A DNA stretch of 39,321 bases. Source: a virus. Lineage: Duplodnaviria > Caudoviricetes. Made by a program: the position numbers and the translations under genes. The stretch is from positions 1 to 39,321 of IMG/VR virus record IMGVR_UViG_3300017540_000268; one strand, 5' to 3'. Positions 1 through 7,740 of this stretch are shown piece by piece (within the stretch, counting starts at the first letter, position 1; each line of letters opens with the position of its first letter). The notes beneath the pieces were generated by a model. That model was not told the DNA's origin and did not search any database. It was given only the letters and a program-made list of their open reading frames with translations.

Positions 1-1230
1 TCAGCATGCCAGCTCTCCCGGCCAGGGCTGGGCAATCTGCTCCAGCATCGCAATGTCGACCTTGGCGTAATGCGCGGTCATATCGAGCGAACGGTGACGC
101 AGCACCGTGCCGACAGCCTCGAGCGTGGCGCCCGAGCGCAGCATCGAGGTCGCCGCGGAGTGGCGCAGCAGGCTGGCTCCGGTCGACGGAGCATCGGAAA
201 TGCCCGCCCGCTTCAGCGCCAGTGCTACGATCGTGGAGACGTGGCTGGACTGCGAGAATGATCGGTAGGGTGCGACCATCATGAGAAAGACCGCCTCCTG
301 ATCCACGCGCGGCCGTTCCAGCTCGATGTAGGCGAGGATCGCATCGCCGACGTCCTGCGGGAGCGGCAACCGAACCTGCCGGCGCGCTTTGCCACTCAAG
401 CGCAGCATGCCAGACGTCCAATCGAGATCGCTGAGTCTGAGTCCAGCGACATCCCCGGCCCGCAGCCCCAGGCGTGCGAGCAGGAGCAGGATCGCACGGT
501 CCCGTAGGCGCCCCCTGGTAAGTTGATCGCAGGATGCAACGACGCGTTCGAGATCGGCGGCAGCAAGATACCGCGGCAAAGACGAAAGGCGCCATTGCAC
601 GACCGGCGGGATGGCGTGATCGAGGTTGGGGCGACAGAGGCCGGCACCCGCGAGGAAACGGAGATAGCTGCGCAAGGTGCTCGTTATGGTCCGCAGGTCC
701 GCCGGTCCGGTTCGCTCGCGCCACTCGCGGACAACATTGCGGACGAGGGCGGCATCATAGTCGTGGGTCGCCGTGCCGAGTTCCGGCAACAACTTATGCA
801 GGTGGCGAAGATGGCGGGCGATCGTCCGTTCCGACAGTCCCCGGTGGATGCGCAACCAGTTCCGATAATCGTCAAGCAGGGGATATGACGAGGCGACCTT
901 CACGGATGGTCGCGCGACACCTTTCCTTTGCAGGAAAACAACGAACCGCCCGGCGCGGCGCGAATACTTTGGTGAAACACGCAGCCATCGCCGCCCACCA
1001 GGACATCGACACCGATGTTCGGCAAAGCGACGAACGACATCGTCACCAATATCATCGATCGCGATACCTGCGCTACCAAGCCAAGCCGCAAAATGACGCG
1101 CCGAGGCCGTGTAGCCTTCAATCGTCAGCGGCGTATATCTCTGAGCGGCAAGGTCGGCCGCGAACTGATCGATCCACGACGACAACGGTCCCGGATCGAG
1201 GAACCAGTGATTACGATTATTGGCATCCAT
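1..1230 (-). CDS. Tyrosine recombinase/integrase (RitA-like)
   Basis: RLGLRAGDV, SGK, SLLRHS, LRHRS and TAHYAK catalytic motifs; RBS GAGGAG before ATG 1230. Confidence 0.92.
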   Translation of the reverse strand: MDANNRNHWFLDPGPLSSWIDQFAADLAAQRYTPLTIEGYTASARHFAAWLGSAGIAIDDIGDDVVRRFAEHRCRCPGGRRWLRVSPKYSRRAGRFVVFLQRKGVARPSVKVASSYPLLDDYRNWLRIHRGLSERTIARHLRHLHKLLPELGTATHDYDAALVRNVVREWRERTGPADLRTITSTLRSYLRFLAGAGLCRPNLDHAIPPVVQWRLSSLPRYLAAADLERVVASCDQLTRGRLRDRAILLLLARLGLRAGDVAGLRLSDLDWTSGMLRLSGKARRQVRLPLPQDVGDAILAYIELERPRVDQEAVFLMMVAPYRSFSQSSHVSTIVALALKRAGISDAPSTGASLLRHSAATSMLRSGATLEAVGTVLRHRSLDMTAHYAKVDIAMLEQIAQPWPGELAC

Positions 1231-1273
1231 CTTTGCTCTCCTCACGATATTGAACCATCGCGAGGGAGCATAG

Positions 1274-1380
1274 TTATGCGGAGCGAAAGCCTGCTCTCGG
1301 GCTACTTAGGTATCTGTAAAAAAGCCCTAATCTATCGATCGGCAACGCCAACTCCGCATAATCATGGTCGCCGCATAGTT
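1274..1380. repeat. Putative RIT terminal recombinase-binding motifs
   Basis: TTATGCGGAG (1274-1283) inverted to CTCCGCATAA (1352-1361); second CCGCATA at 1371-1377, 17 bp after the copy at 1354. Confidence 0.7.
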
Positions 1381-1440
1381 CCTGAAGTCCACCGGCTTGG
1401 TCGCCACCAGGATCCGCATGCCCTGAGACGGCATCAGCAT
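1381..1440 (-). pseudogene. tnpB: IS66 TnpB accessory gene, 5' fragment interrupted by the RIT element
   Basis: Translates MLMPSQGMRILVATKPVDFR, the typical IS66 TnpB N-terminus; overlaps the tnpA stop. Confidence 0.8.
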
Positions 1441-1692
1441 CCGGCGGCTCCAAGAGCACGAACGATCTCGGCCAGCCGAACCGCAGGCGTGTCCGCGGCC
1501 AGCTCGAGCCTCACCTCGCCGATTACGATCCGGATCTGCTCTTCAGCCGGCCGCCTGTCGCAGGAAGGGGGTGCTGGCGCCGGATCGCAAACCACCAGCG
1601 GTGCAAAAACCGGCGCGTCAGGTGCTATAGCTGGCAGCACCAGCTTGCCCTGCTTGGCCAACCGCCGCCACGCAGACAGCTGGTTCGGCTGA
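1434..1692 (-). pseudogene. tnpA: IS66 TnpA, 3' fragment
   Basis: [17 protein letters not shown]...FAPLVV...IRIVIGEVRLEL; 5' end replaced by IS3 sequence. Confidence 0.75.
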
Positions 1693-1988
1693 GGGGCAGC
1701 ATGGATCGCGCTGGCAGGCGGTCCTGTCGATTTCCGCGAAGATCGGTTGCGCGCCCCAGACCCTGAACGAGTGGGTCAAGAAGGCCGAGGTCGACAGCGG
1801 CAAGCGCGCGGGCATTCCGACCGATATGGCCGAGAAGATGAAGGCGCTGGAGCGGGAGAACCGCGAGTTGCGTCAGGCGAATGAGATCCTTCGTAAGGCG
1901 AGCGCGTATTTTGCGATGGCGGAGCTCGACCGCCGGTCGAAGTGATGGTCGGGTTCATCGACGATCAGCGTGGTGAACATGGGGTCGA
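1691..1988 (+). pseudogene. IS3-family internal fragment (OrfA C-terminal part plus first codons of OrfB)
   Basis: [31 protein letters not shown]...[20 protein letters not shown], stop 1943-1945, overlapping ATG of MVGFIDDQRGEHGV; no termini seen. Confidence 0.85.
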
Positions 1989-2164
1989 TAGCCGGGCCCC
2001 TCGTTGATACGCATCTCGCTCACGCCAGCGCCAACCGGCTTCACGTCTCAGGGGTTTCCGAACCGCAGCCGCTGGATGCGGCTGGCAATCTTCTGCTTGG
2101 CCCGTGTATCGCGAAGGGCAAGCAGCCATTCCCGGAAGGTGTCTGTCTGGCGGATCTCGATCAT
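1985..2164 (-). pseudogene. RelE/HigB-type addiction module killer toxin (HI1419-like), internal stop and 3' truncation
   Basis: MIEIRQTDTFREWLLALRDTRAKQKIASRIQRLRFGNP*DVKPVGAGVSEMRINEGPGYR; TGA at 2048-2050 replaces the usual Gly; not in the ORF track. Confidence 0.8.
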
Positions 2165-2171
2165 GATTGTA

Positions 2172-2189
2172 TGTAGCTTACAGGCTACA
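2172..2189. promoter_or_regulatory. Palindromic operator upstream of the toxin pseudogene
   Basis: TGTAGC-N6-GCTACA just upstream of the toxin ATG. Confidence 0.5.
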
Positions 2190-2279
2190 CGAAATTAAGG
2201 GCAGCAGGATGGTGCCTTGGCTGCCGCTTTCGAGGGGGCCAGCGCCAATGCATGGTAGCGGGGATGGATCGCGGCAGTG

Positions 2280-2468
2280 TCACCCATGGAGCAAGCGGTC
2301 AGCGGCCTCGCGAAGAACGCGCGCCACCTCGGGGTGCGAGACGGCCGCCTTGTCCTGGTAGGATCGGGCAGTCTCATGCTCGCGCCCCGGCCGCAGCAAC
2401 GGCGAACTCAGGAGCAAGTCCATCACGAACGCCCGGAGCGCCTCACCACGTTTGTCGTTGCTTTCCAT
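2280..2468 (-). CDS. Small hypothetical protein (62 aa)
   Basis: MESNDKRGEALRAFVMDLL...; purine-rich RBS upstream. Confidence 0.5.
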   Translation of the reverse strand: MESNDKRGEALRAFVMDLLLSSPLLRPGREHETARSYQDKAAVSHPEVARVLREAADRLLHG

Positions 2469-2776
2469 CGTTTCATCCCTCTCCGAACTCTGCCCGATCC
2501 TGCCCCACGGCTGGTGTGATGTGCAGGCAGCGGAAGGGCGAGACATTTTCAACGGATCTGGGGGATTTCGAAGCTTCGGTGTCGGGGAATACCTTGCTTT
2601 CAGTGTTCGCCTTCCCGCCGCTGACGCCCGTCGCGTTGGCGGTCATCACCGCGGGCGTGGTCTGAACGCTCCACTGACAGGGGTTGCTGCGGCCTGGTTG
2701 ATCCCGCCTTGGGTTATGGCGTTGCGCCCCCAGCGCGTCTAATCGCGCCGGAGACGGGATGCTTCAGCAGAGCTTC

Positions 2777-3160
2777 TCAGCGGCCCGTGATCCGGTCTAT
2801 GGACAGCGCCCCGGCACCGGTGGTCACGAGCAACAGGAAAACGAAGCAGAACAGGATGGCTGCATCGCCGCCGTTGGCCACGGGGAATACGCTCTTCGGG
2901 GCATGCGCCATCCAATAGGCGAAGGCCATGTGCCCGGACAGGACGAATGCCACCGGCCGGGTGAACAGGCCGAGGATGATCAGTGCGCCGCCGATAACCT
3001 CCAGCAGCCCGGAGACGAGCGACAGCATGCCGAGGGTCTCGGGGCCGGGGATGGGGATGCCGAACAGCTTCTGGGTTCCATGCTCGAAATAGAGCAGTCC
3101 GGCGACGATGCGCAGGGCCCCGATTGCATAGGGCTGTAGCGCCGAAAGCTTGTCAGTCAT
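2777..3160 (-). CDS. DoxX family membrane protein
   Basis: LRIVAGLLYFEHGTQKLFG, E..GG..IILGLFTRPVA, GAGALSID motifs. Confidence 0.93.
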   Translation of the reverse strand: MTDKLSALQPYAIGALRIVAGLLYFEHGTQKLFGIPIPGPETLGMLSLVSGLLEVIGGALIILGLFTRPVAFVLSGHMAFAYWMAHAPKSVFPVANGGDAAILFCFVFLLLVTTGAGALSIDRITGR

Positions 3161-3296
3161 TACCGTCCCTCATCTTTGGGTTGATGCTGCGGACAGTGGA
3201 TGGCCGCCTTCGTCAGAATGCAAGCAGGATGAAAGGCGGAGCGCAAAGCAATCGCATTGATCTTCGAGGGGCGCTGCGAGGCAAAGCCGCACGGTT

Positions 3297-3557
3297 TCAA
3301 GCCGTATCGGGCTCATCAGCCCTCATGGCCACCCCAGGCCCCGCCGCGACCTGCCCGCTTTCGAGGAACTGCACGCCCTGGGCCTCAAGGGCCTTGCGGA
3401 TGGCTTCCTCGTTCTCCCGGCTTAGAGCTTTTGTGCGACCACTCTCGAAGGAGCGCAGCGTGTCATGTGATACGGCAGCCGCAGCCGCAAGGTCAGCAGC
3501 CTTCCAATCAATGAGCATGCGGGCGGCCTTGCAGACCTTCCTGTCAAGAACGGGCAT
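3297..3557 (-). CDS. XRE-family HTH transcriptional regulator
   Basis: KAARMLIDWKAADLA...TLRSFESG...IRKALEAQGVQF; RBS AAGGAG; palindrome GTGTAT-N4-ATACAC at 3569-3584. Confidence 0.88.
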   Translation of the reverse strand: MPVLDRKVCKAARMLIDWKAADLAAAAAVSHDTLRSFESGRTKALSRENEEAIRKALEAQGVQFLESGQVAAGPGVAMRADEPDTA

Positions 3558-3742
3558 AAACACTCCTTGTGTATATTAATACACGCATGTGTTGACATGC
3601 CGTGTGTCATGCTGTACATACCATGTGTAGCGGGGCGGTAAATAGATCCGCCGTCCAGAGTGCTCTCGCGCATTCGCGACAACGGTCAGCCTCAGCATCG
3701 GCACGGGGCAATGCTCTTGATCCATGCCGGATCGACGCCCCT

Positions 3743-3809
3743 GCGACATTCGCGACACCTGCGACAAACACGCCCTTTGTCGCGAATGTCGCGGGTGTCG
3801 CAATGTCGC
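3743..3809. repeat. GCGACA/TGTCGC iteron-like array
   Basis: GCGACA at 3743, 3752, 3761; TGTCGC at 3778, 3787, 3796, 3804; 15-bp perfect inverted repeat 3743-3757/3778-3792. Confidence 0.8.
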
Positions 3810-4193
3810 AGCTTCCGTTTCCCGGCAGCCTCACACGGAAAAATCGCAACCGAATAGCAGCACGTTGCGATTCCTGGCCGTCGCAAAGACCCAGCCAGAG
3901 AGCCCTTTCTGACGACCCGAGGGCCGAGAACTGCGGAATAGCGAAAATCGCAGGAGGGCGCATGTCGGTCGCTACCGCTTTTTTTGTCACCCTACCAGTG
4001 TCCAAGATGAGCGTTCTGGATGGCGACCTTGGCTTGGTTATGGTCGCGCCCCATCTCTAATCCATCCCAGGGCGTGGCCTATCCGCATCACTCACGGCCG
4101 CAATCGGTAGCAGCCAACCGCAAATATAAAGGCGGGCGTGATGGCGGTTGTATCGCTTGAATGGAAATTTTTCTTATAAATATCAATGGAGTG

Positions 4194-4283
4194 TGGCGGA
4201 GACGAAGGGATTCGAACCCTCGAGACGGTTTCCCGCCTGCACCCTTAGCAGGGGTGTGCCTTCGACCACTCGGCCACGTCTCC
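4194..4283 (-). tRNA. tRNA-Ser(GCT), 90 nt, CCA encoded
   Basis: GGAGACG acceptor stem, anticodon arm CACCC-CTGCTAA-GGGTG, long variable arm, GGTTCGAATCC T-arm, 3' GCCA. Confidence 0.97.
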
Positions 4284-4462
4284 GCCGCCCCGTATATGGG
4301 TCAAGCGCCAAGGAAACAAGGGGTTTTTAGATTGATCGTGCAGCACTGGCGGCAAGCTGCGTTTTCCCGGATTTTCGCGGAACTTCCCGAGAACTGCACG
4401 TGATTCTCGTGCAAAATCCGTGCAAGGCGTTCTGGGGTTGTTCACTGCGGCGGGCAGCCCGC

Positions 4463-4684
4463 TCAGCCGCTCGGCCGAGACCGCTGCCACGGGTCCAGCG
4501 GCTTGGGATACCGTGTCACATGCGGATGGTGGGCCGCGCAGCCCTTGCACACCGCTCGACCGCAGAACGCCCAGTAATCGATGCCCTCGGGCAAGTCCTG
4601 AGGATAGAACGTCTGATCGCGCTTGCACCGCCAGCATGTGACGACGACGTGTGTGGTGCCGGGCTCGAATAGCAGTTCTGTCAT
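4463..4684 (-). CDS. Small Zn-ribbon protein (CxxC...CxxC), putatively SOS-regulated
   Basis: CWRC and CKGC motifs; RBS GGAAGGGA; LexA box 24 bp upstream. Confidence 0.75.
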   Translation of the reverse strand: MTELLFEPGTTHVVVTCWRCKRDQTFYPQDLPEGIDYWAFCGRAVCKGCAAHHPHVTRYPKPLDPWQRSRPSG

Positions 4685-4708
4685 GGCGATTCCCTTCCGC
4701 CGCCATGA

Positions 4709-4723
4709 GAACAGAAAGCGAAC
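4709..4723. promoter_or_regulatory. Alphaproteobacterial LexA (SOS) box
   Basis: GAAC-AGAAAGC-GAAC (GAAC-N7-GAAC). Confidence 0.7.
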
Positions 4724-4742
4724 GACTGAGTCCAGATGGCAG

Positions 4743-4768
4743 GGAACAAATCCGCGCTGGTCCGGGTT
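4743..4768 (+). promoter_or_regulatory. Possible general-stress ECF sigma (EcfG-type) promoter
   Basis: GGAAC-N17-GGTT, one mismatch to GGAAC-N16/17-CGTT, ~30 bp before the DUF982 gene. Confidence 0.4.
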
Positions 4769-4797
4769 TCCCTGCGCAGTAGCCAGCGAGGGCGCCG

Positions 4798-5043
4798 ATG
4801 CCGAGCAAACAGACGATCAGGCCGGTCAGCTACGAGGAGAAGCCCGGCACCTTCCGCGTCGTGAACGATGCCGAGGGCATGGGCCGGGCTCTGCTGACCT
4901 ACTGCAAGCCAGACGATCCCTCATTTCGCAAGGCGGCGAAGTCCTGCCTCTGGCTGGAGCATGGAGATCTGGAGCCGGAAGAGGTTCGGGCAGACTTCGT
5001 CCAGGCACTCACCTCAGCCGGCGTGTTCGTCCGAGATCCCTGA
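4798..5043 (+). CDS. DUF982-like protein
   Basis: PVSYEEKPGTFRVV...FRKAAKSCL...EEVRADFVQALTSAGV pattern; RBS GAGGG. Confidence 0.7.
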   Translation: MPSKQTIRPVSYEEKPGTFRVVNDAEGMGRALLTYCKPDDPSFRKAAKSCLWLEHGDLEPEEVRADFVQALTSAGVFVRDP

Positions 5044-5161
5044 GCCCGCGCGCTACTGTCGCAGCCTCGACGATGAACTGACGGCGCGGCGCCCGGCGCG
5101 GTTGGCAGCGCCGCCACCATGCAAAAAGGCCCCGCCCCGGCGGACCGAAGCGGAGCGCAGG

Positions 5162-5320
5162 TCAGCTGTGGCGCTGATCAGACCGCTCTTCAGCGTCGAG
5201 CTTCGCCACCATGGCATCAAATATGCTCTCAGCTTCGTCGTCCGTCAGCTTCTCAAACTTCTGTCCCTCAGTCTTCCGGTATTCCGGGTCATGTAGCTCG
5301 GGAACGAATTTTTGCCCCAT
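5162..5320 (-). CDS. Small acidic hypothetical protein (52 aa)
   Basis: MGQKFVPELHDPEYRKTEGQKFEKLTDDEAESIFDAMVAKLDAEERSDQRHS; RBS GGAGG; below ORF-track cutoff. Confidence 0.6.
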   Translation of the reverse strand: MGQKFVPELHDPEYRKTEGQKFEKLTDDEAESIFDAMVAKLDAEERSDQRHS

Positions 5321-5452
5321 CTCTTCACCCTCCACCTGACTGATGTGGGCAGGCTAGCATGGGGGCAGATGGATGCCGAATCCTGACAGGCACACCGGCA
5401 GATTCCCGCCGATCTTCGTCACGACGCGCGAATGTCGTGAGCTATCCGCGAT

Positions 5453-5584
5453 TTACGAAGCATAGCGCGGCACCCCCATCGCCTGCGCCGTGATTAGCGC
5501 GGCCGCGGCGATAGTGGCGCCGACCGCAAGGCCGGCAACCAGAGACGCGGCCAGCGCAGCCTCATAGGGCGTTCTGCACATCAT
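5453..5584 (-). CDS. Small hydrophobic membrane peptide (43 aa)
   Basis: MMCRTPYEAALAASLVAGLAVGATIAAAALITAQAMGVPRYAS; RBS AAGGGA. Confidence 0.4.
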   Translation of the reverse strand: MMCRTPYEAALAASLVAGLAVGATIAAAALITAQAMGVPRYAS

Positions 5585-5610
5585 CAGATTCCCTTCTCAT
5601 CCGAAAAATC

Positions 5611-5650
5611 TAACCGAAACGACGGGCGGACCTTCGGGCCCGCCCGTTGT
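5611..5650 (-). terminator. Intrinsic terminator ending the late/lysis operon
   Basis: ACGGGCGG/CCGCCCGT stem followed by a T-rich tract on the - strand, just after stop 5655. Confidence 0.7.
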
Positions 5651-5654
5651 GGTT

Positions 5655-6050
5655 TCAGCTTGCCCCTGCCCTGCGCAATGCCTCGGCCAGCTGATCCACC
5701 GCGCCGCCCGCCGCCTCTTTGACCTTCTCGGCCGCGACCTGCTCCAGCTTGGCCTTGGCGAGATCGGTCAGCACCTCGGCCGAGGGTTTCAGGTTGCCGA
5801 TCGCATCGGGCACGCTGCGACGCGCATATTCCAGCACCAGATCCACAGCAGCCTTGCCGGTCAGCTCGTGCTTGATGGCCAGCTGCGCCGCCGTGTAGAG
5901 CGCCCAGTGCAGGGCCTCGCGATGGCTGGCCTGGATTTCGATGCCCCATCGCTTGCTGGCCTGCCTCACGCCCCAGCCGATGATGGCGGTGATCGCGAGG
6001 CCGATCAGTTCCAGGAGATGCGGCGCGGCCGCGTTGATGATAGTCTGCAT
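5655..6050 (-). CDS. Lysis-associated membrane protein (LL-H-type holin-like)
   Basis: Single N-terminal TM segment (LLELIGLAITAIIGWGV), helical C-terminus, directly after endolysin; RBS GAGGAG. Confidence 0.6.
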   Translation of the reverse strand: MQTIINAAAPHLLELIGLAITAIIGWGVRQASKRWGIEIQASHREALHWALYTAAQLAIKHELTGKAAVDLVLEYARRSVPDAIGNLKPSAEVLTDLAKAKLEQVAAEKVKEAAGGAVDQLAEALRRAGAS

Positions 6051-6061
6051 GATGATGCTCC

Positions 6062-6694
6062 TCAGAAGGTGGAAAGCTCGCGCGCGACCAGGTCGCGCAG
6101 ACGGTCGCCGACCGTGATGGGGTCGGCCGGCGCCGACATGCCCGGCAGGACGGTGATGTCCCATTTGCTGCGCTGCACCACGCCAAGCGTCGGCTGCACC
6201 TCGGCATGCGACAGCGTGGACCAGCGCGAGACCGGGATGTCATAGGTCCGGCACAGCCGCGCAGTCTCGCGGGCGAGGGCCGAGACCTGCGCCGGCGTGA
6301 TCGGCGCCTTGCCCCAGGCAAAGGGCCGCTCCTGGGCCCCGGCCATGGCGCAGATCGACAGGCCGATGGCGCCGCCATTGGCGTTGAGGGTGTGCGAGCG
6401 CGAGGTGGTCGGATCGACCGGCCAGCGAATCTTGCCCTCGCCGTCGATCAGCGCGTGATAGGAGCGCAGGTCCACGGCGTTCGGGCTGTAGCCGCCCGCG
6501 GTCCAATGCCAGTGGATGCGGGTGATCCCCGTGGGGTGCTGGAACGGCAGGCCCCGCGCCCGCTGTGCCTCGATGGCGGCGGCATAGGCGGCGCGGGTGC
6601 GCGGCCCGTCGATTCCGTCGATGGGTCCGGGCCAAAAGCCCAGGGCGGCGCAGCGCGCCTGCCGCGCGCGCACCGCGTTCATGACTGCTGTCAT
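6062..6694 (-). CDS. Endolysin: peptidoglycan-binding motif plus N-acetylmuramoyl-L-alanine amidase
   Basis: GPIDGIDGPRT; IHWHWTAG, YHALID, SHT...N, SHAEV, KWD Zn-amidase motifs. Confidence 0.88.
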   Translation of the reverse strand: MTAVMNAVRARQARCAALGFWPGPIDGIDGPRTRAAYAAAIEAQRARGLPFQHPTGITRIHWHWTAGGYSPNAVDLRSYHALIDGEGKIRWPVDPTTSRSHTLNANGGAIGLSICAMAGAQERPFAWGKAPITPAQVSALARETARLCRTYDIPVSRWSTLSHAEVQPTLGVVQRSKWDITVLPGMSAPADPITVGDRLRDLVARELSTF

Positions 6695-6709
6695 GTCGGT
6701 TTCTCCATG

Positions 6710-6731
6710 AAAAAACCGCCACTTGGGCGGT
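6710..6731 (-). terminator. Intrinsic terminator directly upstream of the endolysin RBS
   Basis: ACCGCC-CAAGT-GGCGGT then TTTTT on the - strand. Confidence 0.7.
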
Positions 6732-6777
6732 GATGAGGGTCTTGACGAATCTCAAGTCTCTGGCATTTGATCGTCAA

Positions 6778-7620
6778 ATGAGCGAGATTGAGTACGATTA
6801 TGTTCTGTTTATTGATGAAGCCGGCGATGACGGCCTGAAAAAGGTCATGCCTATCGACAAGGATGGCTCATCAGAATGGCTGGTTCTTTCCGGCCTCTTG
6901 GTGCGAGCAGAGGATGAAGGACGATGCCGAGAATGGCTCGATAGCATCCGCACCGATATCGACGCATTGCAGTCTGGAGTTTTACACTTCAGGAAGCTGA
7001 GCCCATCAAAAAAGATCAGGGCGGCCGAAATGCTGTCGGAACTGCCGGTGCGATGCTTCACAGTATGCTCAAACAAGAAAAACATGCGTGGGTATAACAA
7101 CCCTCGTGCGGCCCAGGCGGGTAGCAAGCAATGGTTCTACAACTGGGTTGTGCGCGTCTTGATGGAGCGAGCAACGACCTTCTGCCTCAATAACTCAATG
7201 AGGCGATTTGGCCGACCAGGGAAAATGAAGGTCCTTTTCAGCTCCAGAGGAGGACATTCATACGGTCAGACAAAAGCGTACTGGGAGAAGCTACGCGTAG
7301 GTGGTCGCCCACTTCTCGACAGGCGCCAAATCAGATTCGAAGTTTTAAGCTATAGACTAGTGGATTATGTCCCCCACTACCTCCATGCAGGCCTACAGTT
7401 AGCCGATCTGAGCGCAAGCGCTTTCTACCAAGCTGTCGATACGAACTCGACGAAATGGGCTATCGATTACGCCAAGATGCTGACCCCCATAGTCGCGAGA
7501 GCTAATGGTTCATTCACAGACATGGGGATCGTGCTGCAACCGCATTGGATCGACAGTGGACTGAACAGCGAACAGAAGCTGATTTTCCAACACTTTGGGT
7601 ATAAGTTCTACAACAAATAG
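6778..7620 (+). CDS. DUF3800 domain protein (RNase H-like fold), moron
   Basis: N-terminal YVLFIDEAGD, LHFRKL, KNMRGY and C-terminal GLQLADLSA (QxAD) motifs; lower GC; opposite strand to the late operon; no SD, possibly leaderless. Confidence 0.85.
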   Translation: MSEIEYDYVLFIDEAGDDGLKKVMPIDKDGSSEWLVLSGLLVRAEDEGRCREWLDSIRTDIDALQSGVLHFRKLSPSKKIRAAEMLSELPVRCFTVCSNKKNMRGYNNPRAAQAGSKQWFYNWVVRVLMERATTFCLNNSMRRFGRPGKMKVLFSSRGGHSYGQTKAYWEKLRVGGRPLLDRRQIRFEVLSYRLVDYVPHYLHAGLQLADLSASAFYQAVDTNSTKWAIDYAKMLTPIVARANGSFTDMGIVLQPHWIDSGLNSEQKLIFQHFGYKFYNK

Positions 7621-7736
7621 GTGCGGGTCCCGGCTTGTGTTGATCAATGTCTCTAGGCTGAAATCCCATGTTCAACCGTCCACCGACCCGCAACACAACT
7701 ACAGTATGTTGCACCAAGGCCCCGGCGCCCCCGCAC
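7621..7736 (-). ncRNA. Candidate structured ncRNA associated with DUF3800 (three-way junction)
   Basis: P1 7621-7637/7715-7736, P2 7639-7649/7667-7676, P3 7690-7697/7705-7712; the P3 mismatch becomes G-U only on the - strand; promoter-like element upstream. Confidence 0.65.
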
Positions 7737-7740
7737 ATCT

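Larger units (their letters stand above)
1..1380 (-). mobile_element. End of a RIT-like (recombinase-in-trio) element; continues left of window
   Basis: RitA-like tyrosine recombinase; ATG of a next gene overlaps its stop (ATGCTGA, 1-7); TATGCGG motifs at the end; interrupts IS66 tnpB at ~1380. Confidence 0.75.

Noticed and set aside
1-1230. Tyrosine recombinase as the prophage integrase
   Set aside because: RIT-type sequence and ends, located across the tRNA inside IS66; the phage integrase is expected beyond the right edge
3602-4060. 152-aa ORF with ATFATPAT/VANVAGVA repeats
   Set aside because: No convincing RBS; the peptide repeats come from the DNA repeat array, so at best a remnant
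4148-4403. ORFs overlapping the tRNA
   Set aside because: Spurious translations of tRNA-Ser and its flanks
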